Below are positions 24,330 to 37,699 of a DNA stretch of 64,000 nucleotides, piece after piece. The position numbers were made by a program, and so were the translations under genes. The notes below the pieces were generated by a model. The model did not search any database. It worked only from the letters and a program-made list of their open reading frames with translations, and was not told where the DNA came from. Position 1 is the first letter of the stretch; each line of letters starts with the position of its first letter. This DNA comes from Obrimoposthia wandeli (taxonomy: Eukaryota): the NCBI GenBank assembly GCA_977020255.1, contig CDROCS010001717.1:248001-312000 (forward strand), given 5' to 3'.

Positions 24330-27300
24330 GACCTTCCCACCATAATTTATCTTGGCTCAGTCGATGAACCTCGGCTCCTCTTGACAATATATCCGCTCGG
24401 TTTAACTTTGTGGGTACATGTCTCTACTAAGCTATACTTGTTTTCTCCTGTATAAGTCCTACGCGATTAGCAACAAATGCATTATAATACCGCCATGGCT
24501 GGCGTATCCACCACAGGAAGTTCAGACTGTCAGACCAAAACTTTACTTCCTCTAACTTTAAGTCTAACGCACTCGTGAGTACCTTTGCCAATTTAACACC
24601 GACATTCGCAGCTAATAACTCTAAACGCGGTATACTTTTTACGTTTACAGGCGCCACTTTTGTTTTTGACCATATGAAACTAACTACTATTTTTTCCTCT
24701 TCTTCATTTCTCAAGTAACCTACTGCTCCATACGCCTGCTCAGAAGCGTCTACAAATATATGTATTGAACATTTACTAGCTACTCCATCTGGGAACTTTA
24801 ACCTTATACAGTAACTTTACGTTTTCTACCCAATGGATTATCTCTTCTTTAATACGTCCTTCCACTTTCTCATCCCATTCCCTTCCTGAAAGCCATAGCT
24901 CCTGCATAATAATCTTTGCCCTTATTACTATCGGACTAGCAAACCCTAATAGGTCAAATACTTTTGACAGAAGACTTAGAAATTTCCTTTTTGTAATGGT
25001 CGTTAACATCTCTAAATTCGTCGTCATTTTAAAAACGTCCGCCTGCGCGTTCCACGCCCCTCCCAACGTCTTTATACTTTGCATCGTTTCGCCATCCGCA
25101 ATTTGTAAGACCTACGCTTGATCTGCTATGGCGATTTGTTGATTAACTCGGTGATTGCTACTTAGCCACTTTTTGACACTCATTCCCGCACCGCCCCACA
25201 CTTGCAGTAAGTCTTGTTGTAATTGTATTGCCTCCTTGGCTGACAGCATAAAATCCAAACTGTCATCCATGTATGTGGACTTTAATATCATCTCGATAGC
25301 CCTATCACATACTCACATGAACCTTTCAGTGTTCGGGTCACTAACTGTGCTAAGAATGGTGACGCATTGATCCCAAAAACTACCTGATTAAATTCGTATG
25401 TGTCTACTTGTTCGCGGTCTTTTTATAGAAATCTTAGCCACGTTTTATCTTTCTCTGCCACCTTTATCTGGAGATACATCTCTGATATATCACAAACTAA
25501 TGCTACAGCATTTTTTCAGATTCTTATTAAGATCGTGACTAAATCTCCTTGCAGCTTCGGCCCACAATGAATTAAATAATTCAAACTTGTGCCTCGCACC
25601 TCCGCCACCGCACCAAACACTATTCACACCTTCGTTGTATCCTTTTCTCGCTTGACGACCCGAAAATGTGGTAACAACCACTTTGTCATTTTTACTTCTT
25701 CTTCCGGTACCTTCCTGATATAACCTTTCTGGATATGGCTCTCGATAACACCCATGTACTCTGATCTCAACCGCGTGTCCTTGTCTAATCTTCTCTCCAA
25801 ACTCTTCTGCCGCTGGTTTGCCATTTCACTATCCCATCTAACATTTACGTTCTTATTTTTCCACGTTAGGCTGACTTCATACCTTCCTTCAACTTATTTT
25901 ATTCCGAGTCGTGTTTCTTTTAATACCTTTTCGTCGTTCTAACTTAACTTGATTTAGAGATTTGGTACGGCTTCTACTTCCCAAAATTTTTCTATATTAA
26001 ATTCTTAAGTTTTGATCTGGGTTCCAAATAGGTGTGGGCCAAATTCGTGTGTTGGCTACCTCTATTAGCTCCTCGTACCTGACCAATACAAGTCCATCCC
26101 AACTGTATAAATCTTGCTATCGGTGCACCTGGTCCTTCTCTCACTTCTCTAAGGGCACTCTGCAATTTGAGGTTGTCCGCACCCAGTAATAATTCAACTT
26201 TTATCTTTACATGTACCGCTTGGAATTTTATACCCTCCAAATGCCCCCACATTTTTGCTTCTACTGACCAATTTATTATCTCTAAGTCCCCAGTAATATC
26301 TGGTACTGTTAATGCGTTGATTAGCTTCACATTTTTTTGATCCATTCTACCTAATTCTATGTTAACTTCAGCACAGTCCATTTTTCCCATGTTTACTCCA
26401 ATGACCCCCACCCGAATACTTTTTTTTAGTCCTGAGACTCTTAGCGTTCGTGGCAAATCCTTACTAATATATGAGCGTGTGCTGGCATCATCTAACAAGG
26501 CGTTGACCACAAATTCTTGACCTCTATGCCGTACCATAACTGGTACAGTTCTTAATGCCAAGAATGTAGTTTCTGCTCTTGTCCCTCTCGTGAAGTAGGA
26601 TTGTGGGCACGTCTGATTACTACGCTCTTCATCCACATGCAATATCCAATGATGTTTTTCGGTGCAATTCCTCATTTTACACAACTTATCCACCTTGCAT
26701 TGTTTTACGTAATGATTATTTCGCCGACTATTTCTACATAAACTTTCCTTGAACCCACCGGCGTCTGTCTGCTACGGATAATCTCTGCAATTCTTCACAT
26801 TTGTCTGTGTAATGCTCCTTCTTACACCTTATACAATTTATCTCTCTCCCCACCTTTAAAATTGTTTAGACACCATTCTATTATTTTGCTTTACCGCTCC
26901 TACGAAGGTTTTTGCTCTTTCACTATTTTTATATTTTGGTGCTTCTCTGCTGCAACTCGCTATTTCCTCGGCTATTCGCCAACTTTCGGCCTTTTGTTGT
27001 ATCCATTCTTCTAAAGATCTTATACTCTTTCGCTTATCTCCTGCTTCTAACCTTTCTGACCATGATACTGTTCCTAACATTGGTAGTTTCTGTAGCAATT
27101 TTTCATATAGAAAACCTCCCCCTAATTCCTCCTCTTTTCTAAGTGCTCGTGCTCGTACTGTTACCTCTTGTAATATTTGGTTATATATCTAAATCCCGAT
27201 AGTTGTTCCACCTTATTGACCTGAACCTTTCCACATTTTCCTTTTAACTGTCTATAATTCCTGTCCGTCCCTCCGTATCTTACTGAAATTATCTTCAGTG

Positions 27301-27900
27301 CTTCATCATAGCTTTCTGCTGAGTGTCCTAAGCTACAAATTAACCTTAATGGTTCTCCGTCCACATATTGCAGTAGATGCAGCATTTTCTCCTCTTTATC
27401 CACCGTTGACTGGTCGATCACTTTGTTAAATATAGCTCGCCAGTTTTCGTACTTTTGTACTTCTCCTCTAAAAGTTGGGAGCTGAATTTTCTTCAACTGA
27501 CTTACTCCATTGTTTCCTTTACCTATATTTCCTTTGAGCTTACCTCGCTTCGTGTCCTCTGTCCTTTTCCATACTTTCCCTTGTATTTCGTCGAATTTGT
27601 TTTCCATCTTCTTCTGCTCGCTAACCCATCTTTCTTCTTTTCTGCTGTCATCCTCTTGAAATGCCATCTCGATCTTTTTCTCATAGATTTCGGTTAATGA
27701 CCTATACATCTCTTCATAGATGTTCTGCTTCTCTTTTTCTTATCATCTTCCAGCAAGAAATTGTTTATTGCAATATTGAAATCACACCTGGTTGGCTCCT
27801 TTTTCTAAATTTCTTGTCATTGTTATAAATTATATCTTCCTTATGTACTTTTTTTTCTTCTCTCTGTAGCAAAACTGTTCCTCTCTTAGTCCCCCGCTCT
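24330..27900 (-). pseudogene. BEL/Pao gag-pol, frameshifted: gag (DUF1759-like), aspartic protease, RT, Pao-type RNase H; integrase absent
   Basis: LPTFRGEVQKYENWRAIF; ALLDDASTRSYI; WLLPHFRVVKREKDTTKV; YMDD; FVDASEQAYGAV; SKTKVAPVNVKSIPRLELLAA; WRHVPTKLNRADILSRG...LWWEGP, then directly 3' UTR and PPT. Confidence 0.9.
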
Positions 27901-28169
27901 TCACTTCCTCTATCAAGTCCACCCCTATACATTTTCCCTTTCACCTCTAGCTTTCGTGAGTTCCATAAATCATGATCTATTCCCAACAATCAAAATATAC
28001 GAGGGAGGAATATGTATTTCCTCCTTATCATTTTTACTCTGTGTCCCTATACTCCAGAAGCCCCGCTTATCGCCTGGTTGTTCAAGAGCACAGAAACTAA
28101 AGAAACAATAAATTATCTTTATTAAAGTTACACAACTTTCCCAGAATAATAACAACAAAATATTATCAC

Positions 28170-29601
28170 ACAAAATATCACAACAATCGTCATCTTCACC
28201 ATCTCCTATTAATTGCTCTGCTTTCTGAGCTTGTGCTTCTTTCATTGCTCGTTCTTCTTCTTCTTTGCGCACTTTTTCTGTCTTGTAATGCTCCTTGCGC
28301 ATGTAAGACATATGATGCTGTTTCTTGGTAAAGAATACTTGGTTTCGTAAGTCAAAGTTATAGTACTGTTCCAGTAGATCGTGAATCGTATAATGATGCT
28401 GATCCAATCTCTCGATTTGTGGAAATGAATTTAAATCTTGGGCCAACTTAAATGAATCTCGAGTGCGAAGCCATTCAATATCACTGAACATCCATAGTTA
28501 TCCATAAGGTAAACAAACTAGATGTACATTCAAAGAACGGATCTCCTGAAACATTCTCTACAACATGTCTATAGCAACTTCTAGGGAATCTCTACATCAA
28601 TCTGATGATTATTTACGAGCAGCATTGTAATCAAACAGGAAATGATAGGTTCAATCTTCTTTAGTCTTCGATCGCCCATTTGACAAAAAAACGGTTCCTG
28701 GGTTTTTCTATTGCCAGTGATGCTCATTGAAGTATAGATGATCCGAATACATTTCTCTTGATGCCATGAACAGCACTTGGCATTGAAGAGCATTGTGCCC
28801 AGTCTTCGTAAGTCTGTGGACAGCTTAAGCAGAATGTCCACTTCGTCTTTGTAAAGATTATCTGCTTCTTACATGCGATAATCAAATTCAAACAAATGAT
28901 ACAGATCCAATACATGTTTAGGTGCCTTTTCTAAAGTGCGTAGAAACTTGCTTGTGATAATCGAAGATATGACCCACAGAACTACTTTGACTTGCGCAGA
29001 CTAAGTACAAATCGAAGGACATTACGCACAATTTATGGAGCATTTCTTTTCGGATATTTGCTTGCTTTGGATCCAAGATACTAGAGAATTTCGGGTACAA
29101 AGTTACGAGTTTGTTGATTTCATCTAAATACTTTAGTCGTATCACGCGGCCTTTTAACATTTTCGGATACTCAATCTTCACTGCGGGGTCGTGTAGACTA
29201 AATAGATATAAACTCACATATAGATTTGTACTGACGGTCTGGATGATCATGTGCACTTGATCAGGATGAATCTGTCGACGATAACTTACAGTAGCATCAC
29301 AGTTTACTTTCTTGAATTGCATAGGCAACACTCCAGAATAAAAGAAAAGTTGAAGTAAGTCCGCTGTTAGTTCTCCAAACACACTGAAAATTGTATTTCG
29401 GAAATCTGAGGAAAGTATTTCCTGATTTTCTTTTAAATCAGAAAATAACAAATCGTCGTAGAGAAGAATCATTTCTTCAAATATAGCTCCCGTCTTTATG
29501 ACCAATTTATCTTTGTCATCTTCTTTATTTGTATTTTTACCACGCTCTGCTACCAATTTTACGTTTAACGATGACATTGATGTAAGAGGCAATAGAGACA
29601 A
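28170..29601 (-). pseudogene. Unrecognised extra ORF region inside the LTR element, upstream of gag (227-aa piece 28918-29601 plus frameshifted continuations)
   Basis: Long open frames at 28918-29601, 28581-28915 and 27970-28491 lie on the element's sense strand. No gag, pol or env motifs recognised. Confidence 0.55.
29540..29555 (-). other. Primer-binding site complementary to the 3' end of initiator tRNA-Met
   Basis: Minus strand TGGTAGCAGAGCGTGG directly follows the 5' LTR. TGGTAGCAGAG is the complement of the metazoan tRNAi-Met 3' end. Confidence 0.85.
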
Positions 29602-29853
29602 TAACTTTTATTTAACTTTTCTAATCGATCCACTTTTTAATTCAAACTTCTAAATCAATTTAAGTTCTAATTTAACTTATAAAACTTTACTTTGGAAACA
29701 TCGATACAACTTTTAAATTCAAATCTTTACATACCATCGAAATCAATTTATAAAACTTGGTCATAACAACTTTTTGAATCACCAAGGTCATCTTTATTCT
29801 TTTAAACAAACTTTACATTTTAAATATTTTATATAATAAGTCGATTCTAAACA
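29556..29853 (-). repeat. 5' LTR
   Basis: Starts TGTTTAGAATCGAC on the minus strand. Homologous to the 3' LTR with scattered substitutions and short indels. Confidence 0.9.
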
Positions 29854-29929
29854 ATATGACCAATATTTAAAAACTTTCTCAAAAAAAGTGTTTAAAAATC
29901 CCAAATTTATTAGTTTCCTTGAGAAAGCC

Positions 29930-30200
29930 CTATAACACTTAATCTAGCGGTAACAAATCAGGTGAGTGGTTTGTCCAAATTATAGAACATCTTTACTGAT
30001 CCAACGGTGGGGATATGTTATGTTTAGATAATTGCAAACAATTCTTCCATCATGAACCGAAGCTCTTTCCTGTTGACAAATGCATTTTATCCTGGATGTT
30101 AGACGTAAAGATGGTAAAAAGCATTTTTAGCATATCGAAATAATTCTCAGATTTCACATTTTCATCTAAAGAGAATGGACTTCACAAAAATGTGTGGGTG
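29930..30200 (-). mobile_element. Tc1/mariner C-terminal remnant
   Basis: HSPDLLPLD motif at about 29950-29975. Confidence 0.4.
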
Positions 30201-31899
30201 ATTCCTATTTAAACATAAACTTTGCTTTATTGCGTTCTATTTATGTTATCAATGTGTGATGTAGCTTCCTATATTCTGCCAATATGCCTATTCACCTGTT
30301 CCTTGATACTCAATGTCGTTTCATAAGAAAAATTATTTGCTTCAGAAATTAAAGATTTTCCTTCTGTTTTTTTATTTGATTGTTTTCCTTCTCGCTGTCT
30401 GTCTTTAACGGATGTTGTGTCTTTAAATCGAGTAAATGTATCTCTTCTTTGACTTGGTGCATATTTTTATTTCTCATATTGAAGTTTTCTTCTCTCAAGA
30501 GTCACTTGATTTTATTTCTGTCATAAGTAAAACTAATGTAATTCTCTCATAAATTAATAACATTTGTAAACCCACGTTTATAAAAATTCCGGATTTTTCT
30601 CAAAGTAAGAAATTAAAACCTTTTTTATTTTGATTAAATTTCAATAAATTGTCTTTCATTTGATATGTTGAACAAAATATTTTATAAATTTAATATTCGT
30701 TGGGACTGAATTAAGAAGATACTTACTGATAACGATGTACAGATAAATTGTTTTAAATTATTAATTTTCTATCTATTTAGAGTTATTCATATTAAGAATT
30801 GTTTGGTGACTTACAATGCATTCTGCATAAATACAAATTTTAATTTTTAAACAGCAGTCTTTCCATTTCCAGACATTCATGCGACGACGAAATTAGAAGG
30901 GGCTTCTTTCAGTACCACCTGGAAAACTGCAACGGATTTTGTTGACTCCTTCTTCCAGAAAGTTAATCAAGAAAGTTACTACATCTTCTCAGTCACTGTT
31001 GACAGCATCACATCTTCCCTGACGGTAGTGATTTTCCAAAATTATACAATAATATACAAATAACGCTATAAAACCAAATCTTATTAAATAAAGCCTAGTT
31101 GTTGTTTTATGCACTTTGAAGTGCTTATGCGTGTGTATCTGTGTGTGGATGTCTGGCTATATATTAACCATACATAGTGTTAGATTAATACGAGGTTAAA
31201 TTTCAGTGTGATTTTGATGTTGTTCTTTGTGATAATAAAGTGAAGTTCGGTATTGTAGTCAGAATTTTTACAGTAGATTTGAAGAAATAAATTTGTAATG
31301 AACAATAAAGAAGATGAGAATTTATGTATAATATTCTTAGCGTTTATTTAAATTAATTGCTACTTGATTTTCTATAAAATTGTTTAATTTTTTCATGATA
31401 TATCTATATGGTTTATTTTTCAGCACCATAACATGCCTTACAATCTGTTACCTTGAATTTAATACACTCATTTTATATTTTTCATATTAATTCAGTTAGT
31501 GATATTTACTATCCTAGCCATCTTTAGATTGCATTAATTAACTTATAATATAATCAATTATTAATTAATTCAAAGACATAATTATCAAACCGTACAATAA
31601 CTAAATTTATCCAGCAGCTACGTTACTGACTGTTGACAGAGGAATTCGTAGAACTGTTAAACTGTTTACTTGGAATCCAATAATTGTAGCTATATTTATT
31701 TATTTTATATGCGGTCTCAATTTAAATTCAATTTTCTTATTTTTACATAGAAACTTTCAAATATATTATCAATAGTTTCCATGAAATATTGACAAAGACT
31801 TTCAACATTGGAAAATAAGCAATCATATCATAATGTATATTGCTCGTGTACGTTCACTTGAATAGCTTGATACATTTTTATTTTTAAAATCGATAATTC

Positions 31900-32340
31900 A
31901 TATATTTTATTAATTAATTCCGATTCATAAACCTATTTTCAATAGCAGCTTCTTTCAATCCATAACTAAATGATGAACTTTTATTTTCAGTTAATTTAAA
32001 ATCATGTTCTTTAACGTGAGTTACATGTATTTTCTTTTCGTCATTAAGGTATCATATTTATATTTTGGAGTGATGTACCCGACGGAAAATAATCCATGTT
32101 TCATTTTCAACTACCTTAAACTTCATATTTTATTGTTTTCTCCTTAATATAATCAATTATTGATTCCGTTTTAATGGATCAAAGAGAATAATCAAATTAA
32201 AATTCTGTCAGAACAGCTTCTCAAGTCCCATGTAAATTTATTGTAGTTTGATAATCAATACTAAATTGACTTGCTGTATTATCTGGTTGAGTTAATGGAG
32301 AGCCATTACTTGGTCAAACACAAAACATTGAATTCATTTT
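31900..32340 (-). pseudogene. Polinton/adintovirus minor capsid (penton)-like gene remnant
   Basis: MNSMFCVxPSNGSPLTQPDNTASQFSIDYQTTINLHGTxEAVLTEF resembles the conserved FYLTLPSNSS..FPDNT.S.F...L...I.L.G.WEVAL.EI N-terminus. Confidence 0.6.
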
Positions 32341-32399
32341 ATCTGAGAAGCTAATATCCAACTAGGCTCACTGTATTAATTCCATTTAACCAGATAATG

Positions 32400-32950
32400 T
32401 TTATGCTTTCCCGATTCTTTGTTTCTAAGATTTCTTGTATTTTGACCACTTTAGACTTTGTAATTCTTTTATACTTGTAATTATTCATGATACATTTACC
32501 ACCAATTTAATTATTTGATTAATTATCCATAAAGTACATTACCGGAGCAGGTTTGGTATCGATTTTAGTGATACGAAACACTTCATCAATCCAATTCTCT
32601 TGAGTTTTCTCTTTATAAAGGAAGTAGTACTAATTTGTAAAATTCACATATAATCTCCAATTTTGTATTTTGGTTTATTTACAACTTGATACTGATTACG
32701 ACATTGCCATATTTCCATAGCATTTTCATCAGAAGTGTATATTGGTCTCTTTCTCTTCAATTATAAGTGCTCACTGTGATTATAGGGATGAATTATATTA
32801 GGTAAAACAGAAACCCAAGACTTATTCCCGACATTACTGAAAGCATTTTTATAATATTTCTGTCAACATCTGATTAAATCTCTCAACTATCGCAGTTTTA
32901 TATTGAGTAAATGCATAATAATGATTATGTAATAATTCTTCAATAATATA
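32400..32950 (-). pseudogene. Polinton-type retroviral-like integrase, C-terminal remnant
   Basis: KTAIVERFNQMLTE, WVSVLPNIIHPYNHSEH, KPKYKIGDY, NWIDEVFRITKI. Confidence 0.8.
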
Positions 32951-32959
32951 CTAACATGT

Positions 32960-33430
32960 CTATTATTCGGGTAAGCTTGCTTTGAAACAAAATCAACTAC
33001 TGTCTGATCATGAGAATTCTTGAATAAAACAAAGTAATGTACATTCAAATTACGAGTTCTCAGATTTCTTCCCAGATGAAATAGGTTTTGCGTAATGAAA
33101 ATAACTGTTACCTCACGATTTCGTGATATTTTAGGAAATAAATGATTAAAATCATTCTCTTTATTGGCTTCCTCATATAAATCATCAATAAAAATAACGT
33201 TATGATATCGTAATCGATCAGCTCAATTATCATCAAATCCTTAATGACTTAATATTTTTAATTTTCTTAAACTCAATACTAGTTAAACCAGCTTCCACAT
33301 CTCCACCCTGATACCAATATTACTTATTGAATTTAAATTAAAAATATTTTTTATTTTGAGGTAATTTACAAATAAAAGGGATTTTCCTCAATACAATTTG
33401 AAAGACGACATTGTTTTTAAACTCCATGAA
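32960..33430 (-). pseudogene. Polinton packaging ATPase remnant (second copy)
   Basis: VIFIDDLYEEANKENDFNHLFPKISRNREVTVIFITQNLFHLGRNLRTRNLNVHYFVLFKN. Collinear at DNA level with 8560-8865. Confidence 0.8.
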
Positions 33431-33699
33431 AAATTTGAGGTAGAGAACTTTCAACAAGCTATATGCAAAACTCAACTAGTAGAAGCAAGACTATATATAT
33501 GAGTGTTTAGGGATAATGTTTATAAGATAAAGTTATTTGAAATAATTTATTACTAAATAAGCACATATACACATAAAAAGAGTTTTTTTCATATTGAGCA
33601 TCTGAATATCTTCGTGTGCTTCTGTTTCCTATGATTATAGGCCCAAATAAGTTTTTCCACGGCTTTGTTACGAATAAGTCTTTTCATATGCTCCTAAAG

Positions 33700-33905
33700 C
33701 AGCGGTTCCCAACTTGTCTGGTGCGGTGACCCCTTGATAACATTTCCCAAGTTGCGGTGACCCCAAGGATAAAATAATTTTATCAACACAAGGACATTTG
33801 GTATCATAAAACAACTTTTTAAAAGGCCTTGCTGCCTTAGGCGACTCCAGGTAAATTGTCAGGCGACCCCAGTTTGGGTCGCGACCCACAGGTTGGGAAC
33901 CGCTG
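33700..33905. mobile_element. hAT-type MITE (206 bp) with perfect 8-bp TSD
   Basis: TIRs CAGCGGTTCCCAAC ... GTTGGGAACCGCTG. TCCTAAAG on both flanks (33692-99 and 33906-13). Confidence 0.95.
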
Positions 33906-33913
33906 TCCTAAAG

Positions 33914-34300
33914 GGTTAGATACGATTCGATGTGTCGATGAGCTTCATAACATCTTCTTCAATAACATTTTTAGAAAAAAATATCTTTACTGCTTCTTCA
34001 ATTTACTTTTTAAAATAATTGGGAGTATACATCAAAATAAAATAAGAATAAAATATTTCTGTATATATATTAATTAATTGAAAAACTATTAAAAATACGA
34101 ATATGAGTACACATATTTTCAGAGGAAGTAGCAATACTACGATTAGCTTTAACAAGATAAGAAGGAGTAATAACGGGCATAGAAGAATAACTTACTGCAG
34201 TAAATGTTCCATGATGCCCACATTACTAAAACATTTCTTATTTTTTAAATATTTTCTTTAATAATATTTTTCATAAAATTACGCAATTTTTTAAATTTCT
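33914..34300 (-). pseudogene. Second copy of the DUSP-like gene region of the old Polinton
   Basis: Inverted homolog of 8010-8330. The motif reads NVLV(C)GHHGTFTAV. Confidence 0.6.
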
Positions 34301-34703
34301 ATATTTTCTAAATCAAAAGAAATTTGTTAAATTTTTTCTAACATTTACTTTCCCATTTAGCTGTTTGTATAATATCATTTATATGAAATAGTTGTCCAAT
34401 GTCGAATCGAATTATTTTTAATAATTCAATATTCGATAAACCGAATCATACTTGAATATCTTGAACCCTTTAAATACTAACGTTCTACATATAGGATACT
34501 TACATCTTAGGTCAATAAGTCATTATATACTTATCCATGATACTTATCAATTTTATATTAATACTATATAGTATATTGAATACATGTATGCATTTTAAAA
34601 TAATAAATATGCATATGGTTGATTAGGTTTTTATGACTCTGCGTTTAGCTACAATTTCCATAGTTAAAAGATCTTCAATGTTTATAACCTAAAGGTTTAA
34701 TAG

Positions 34704-35011
34704 CCTCCTACATTCAATACAAACCAATCATGCAGAGCTTACTACAAACCGGTATCCGGAATCTGACGACTTTATTGATGAAAAATGTCAGTGTGCCAGA
34801 GCTCTTCAATGCGTCAAACTTGCTTATAAAATCGCTTGAAATCACAGTGGACTCGATGGAGTTTATTAGACAAAACGCAAAGGGTATCATTAGACAAATT
34901 GATATCAAGAAAGGAAAGTTGGAGGCAATGTCAGATCATCTCTTTGATTCCATAGATTACGTCTGCAACATTACCAGTGGAGTGAATCTTATTAAATGCA
35001 GAGAACTTCAA
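34704..35011 (+). CDS. Prominin-like gene, exon C (first large extracellular loop)
   Basis: Acceptor AATAG|CC (phase 1, completes ACC with exon B), helical ectodomain ending YVCNITSGVNLIKCRELQ, donor CAA|GTTAGT (phase 0). Confidence 0.75.
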
Positions 35012-37699
35012 GTTAGTTGAAAATTTAATATTTACTTTTCAAAAAATGTATTACTGATATTAATAAGTAGTTTCACTAAACATAAATATATTTAACTGTA
35101 GCTACTCTAAAATTCCGTCTTTACTACTCACTCGTGTATAATCTTCACCTTAAATTTATTTTGACGTTAGAAAACCTTGTATAATGTGCACTATTTTTAA
35201 TTAAGTAATGAGGTCACATAAATACCGCTGAAATAAAATTATTAAGGTTATTAAGGTCTATATCAGAGTTATAAAATGGTTGTGATAAAAATAAAAAGAT
35301 GTATTCGGTTCTTTTAGTTTATTTTGTTTTTGATACTTTATTCAAAACATATTCTTGTTCTATTTTTCATTTTTTTAATCACAGTTTAAGGCATAACTAC
35401 ATTGCATCTAATCTTATTTGGTCTAATTTACAAAAATAAATAAAATATTATGACACAAAATATTTTGATAAAAAAATTAAAATAAAAGTATTTTGATGTT
35501 TGCGCAAATTTTAATATAAATAAACATTTCCTTTTATTCATTAGAAATACAATTATTAATGAAATAAATGCAATAAATGAGTTTCAATTACAATTCATTA
35601 TCTTTTTTAAAAATCGTCAACCAATTACTGTAAATCAACACTCTAATTGATGAGTTTAAAGTTTGGATCAACTGAAGTCTTTAATTTTAAATATTTTATT
35701 ATCAATCAATCTGAAAAGCTGTTTTATTCTAACCAGTTGTCCCCAATTTTGGCAATTTGTAAACTATATTCATTTGACACTTTGTCTGAATGAGTTTTCT
35801 GTTTATAAATAGAAAGACAGACGGGTAGAAGAATATAATTATTTTGTTTTGTAAAACGCAGCTGTAAGATTTTTCACCCGAAATTTCCACAATGCATAGG
35901 TCTAAATAGAATATTTAAATAATGTATAATTTCATTTAATTTGAAATTAGTATTTAACCTAAATAAATGTTTATGTAATAATAAAACAAATTGAGATTAG
36001 TCGCAATGTTATGTAACCAGGCTTTAAAAGTACTAATTTTTAGATTTTTTTTTGTCAAATAACTCTTTAAATAGATTATTTAAAAAGTAATTTTGAAAGG
36101 GATGATTCGTTAATTATTTATAGCTATTATCATGATGGAATATGAAAAACATCAATAATCATATTCGGTCAAAGAAATTTGGTCATTGGGAAGTTTGCAG
36201 AAGAAAATCACAGTAGAGTGGCTTTTGATAACACGTGAAGTAAACGAAAGTAATATTTGCCTATGGAGAAGAAACAAGAATATTTTAGAAGTCATGAATC
36301 CGAAGAAGAGAGATAGGAGAGTTGGAAATAAATATGAGGGATTGGGGGATATCGTTGAGGAAAGATGAAATACAAGTTTCAATAACTGCCATCAAGCTTA
36401 AAGCAAGTGAGAAAAGGAATGATTCGTTCACTAACGGAGTAAAGTTACGAAAAGATAAAATTTTAATATTATATGAAGTATGTGTAACTATCTGCTTTAT
36501 TAATGATTTTCAGAACCTAAAATTCATGATAGGCCAATCAACCTTGGAATGATGACGATAGAAGCAACTCAAAATATGCTATACAGAGGATGCTTTTTTA
36601 CTTTTCCGTGTATAATACACATGGACTATATTAATTAAATTTGGTTTATTGTATTTTTATTATTTATAAAATGCACACAATATATGTGGAATTTTAGATT
36701 AACGTAATTATTAAAAATTAAAATTTGAATAAGACTATTATGTGACAATTATTCTTTACATATACAAGAGCAGTACAAATTTTTCCTTTAACTATTTTCA
36801 AAATAACAATATTTTAATAAAGAATTAACATATTCGTATAAATATTTCTTTACAAAACTCATATAAAAATTTGTTAATAGTTTAAACTAAAACTATTTAA
36901 TATATCAAGTATTTTTCAATAACTTCATAAACATCATTTTCAACCTAAAAGAGCACTGCATGAAGACTGATTCTATTCTAGAGCATCCTACATATTCTAC
37001 ACAGTGATAATGCAGTTATTTGGGCATATAAGACAAATCCAGTATTTGTCAATGTCATTTGTTTGAATTGTCCAAGTTTATCAAACGTGTTTCAAAATGT
37101 TTATAATAGAGTTAAAACCGGCTGCTATATGTATAAAAATTGTAGTTTTTGAGAGTACAAGGAAAGGGGCCCTATCGCCATCTCCTAATGCGCTGTACGC
37201 ATTGGCGGGGAGAGTTTCTCTCGATTACGTTAGTAGGGGGTTATTATCCTAAGAAGCACTCTTTGTTCTCAGGGAACAAAATTCATGACTAGTGTCCTTT
37301 GTTATTATATTTTTAAGTAAACATTTAGTAGTATTTCTTTGAAGGTGATTCTTATGTGAAGGTTATGCTTGGAGGTTTAAATGTATTTATATTTTTTTCA
37401 AAGTTATATATGATAGGTTTGGTCTGACCTTTGTCAGACCTTCGAGGGTTTAAAGTTTAACTTTAAACCTTCAAAAAACCTATTTAATTGGCAATCATAA
37501 TAAAAAACCCGGCTTTTGCTAATACTCTCTTATCCGCTAAACCAGTAAACTTTCTTCGTAATGATTATAATCTAACCCGTTCGGATATCATATCTTCATT
37601 TCTTCTTGAAATCTTATCAAAACGAAGTCGTTTAATGCTAAGTTCTCCATTTTGCGAAACATAATGTGCAACAAATTTAGAAGTCATAAAAAATAGAAT

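Larger units (their letters stand above)
23904..29853 (-). mobile_element. Two-LTR BEL/Pao-type retroelement, integrase-less, with an extra 5' coding region
   Basis: Direct-repeat LTRs at 23904-24191 and 29556-29853, 5-bp TSD TTATG/ATATG, PBS at 29540-29555, PPT AAAGGAGGGAGGA at 24192-24204, BEL-type gag-pol fragments. Confidence 0.9.

Noticed and set aside
29540-29555. tRNA gene
   Set aside because: Only the 3'-end complement is present, next to an LTR, so it is a PBS. No cloverleaf was found anywhere in the window.
30350-31030. THAP-domain transposon 5' end
   Set aside because: Only a loose FP...W...LC..H pattern among stops, which is too weak to call.
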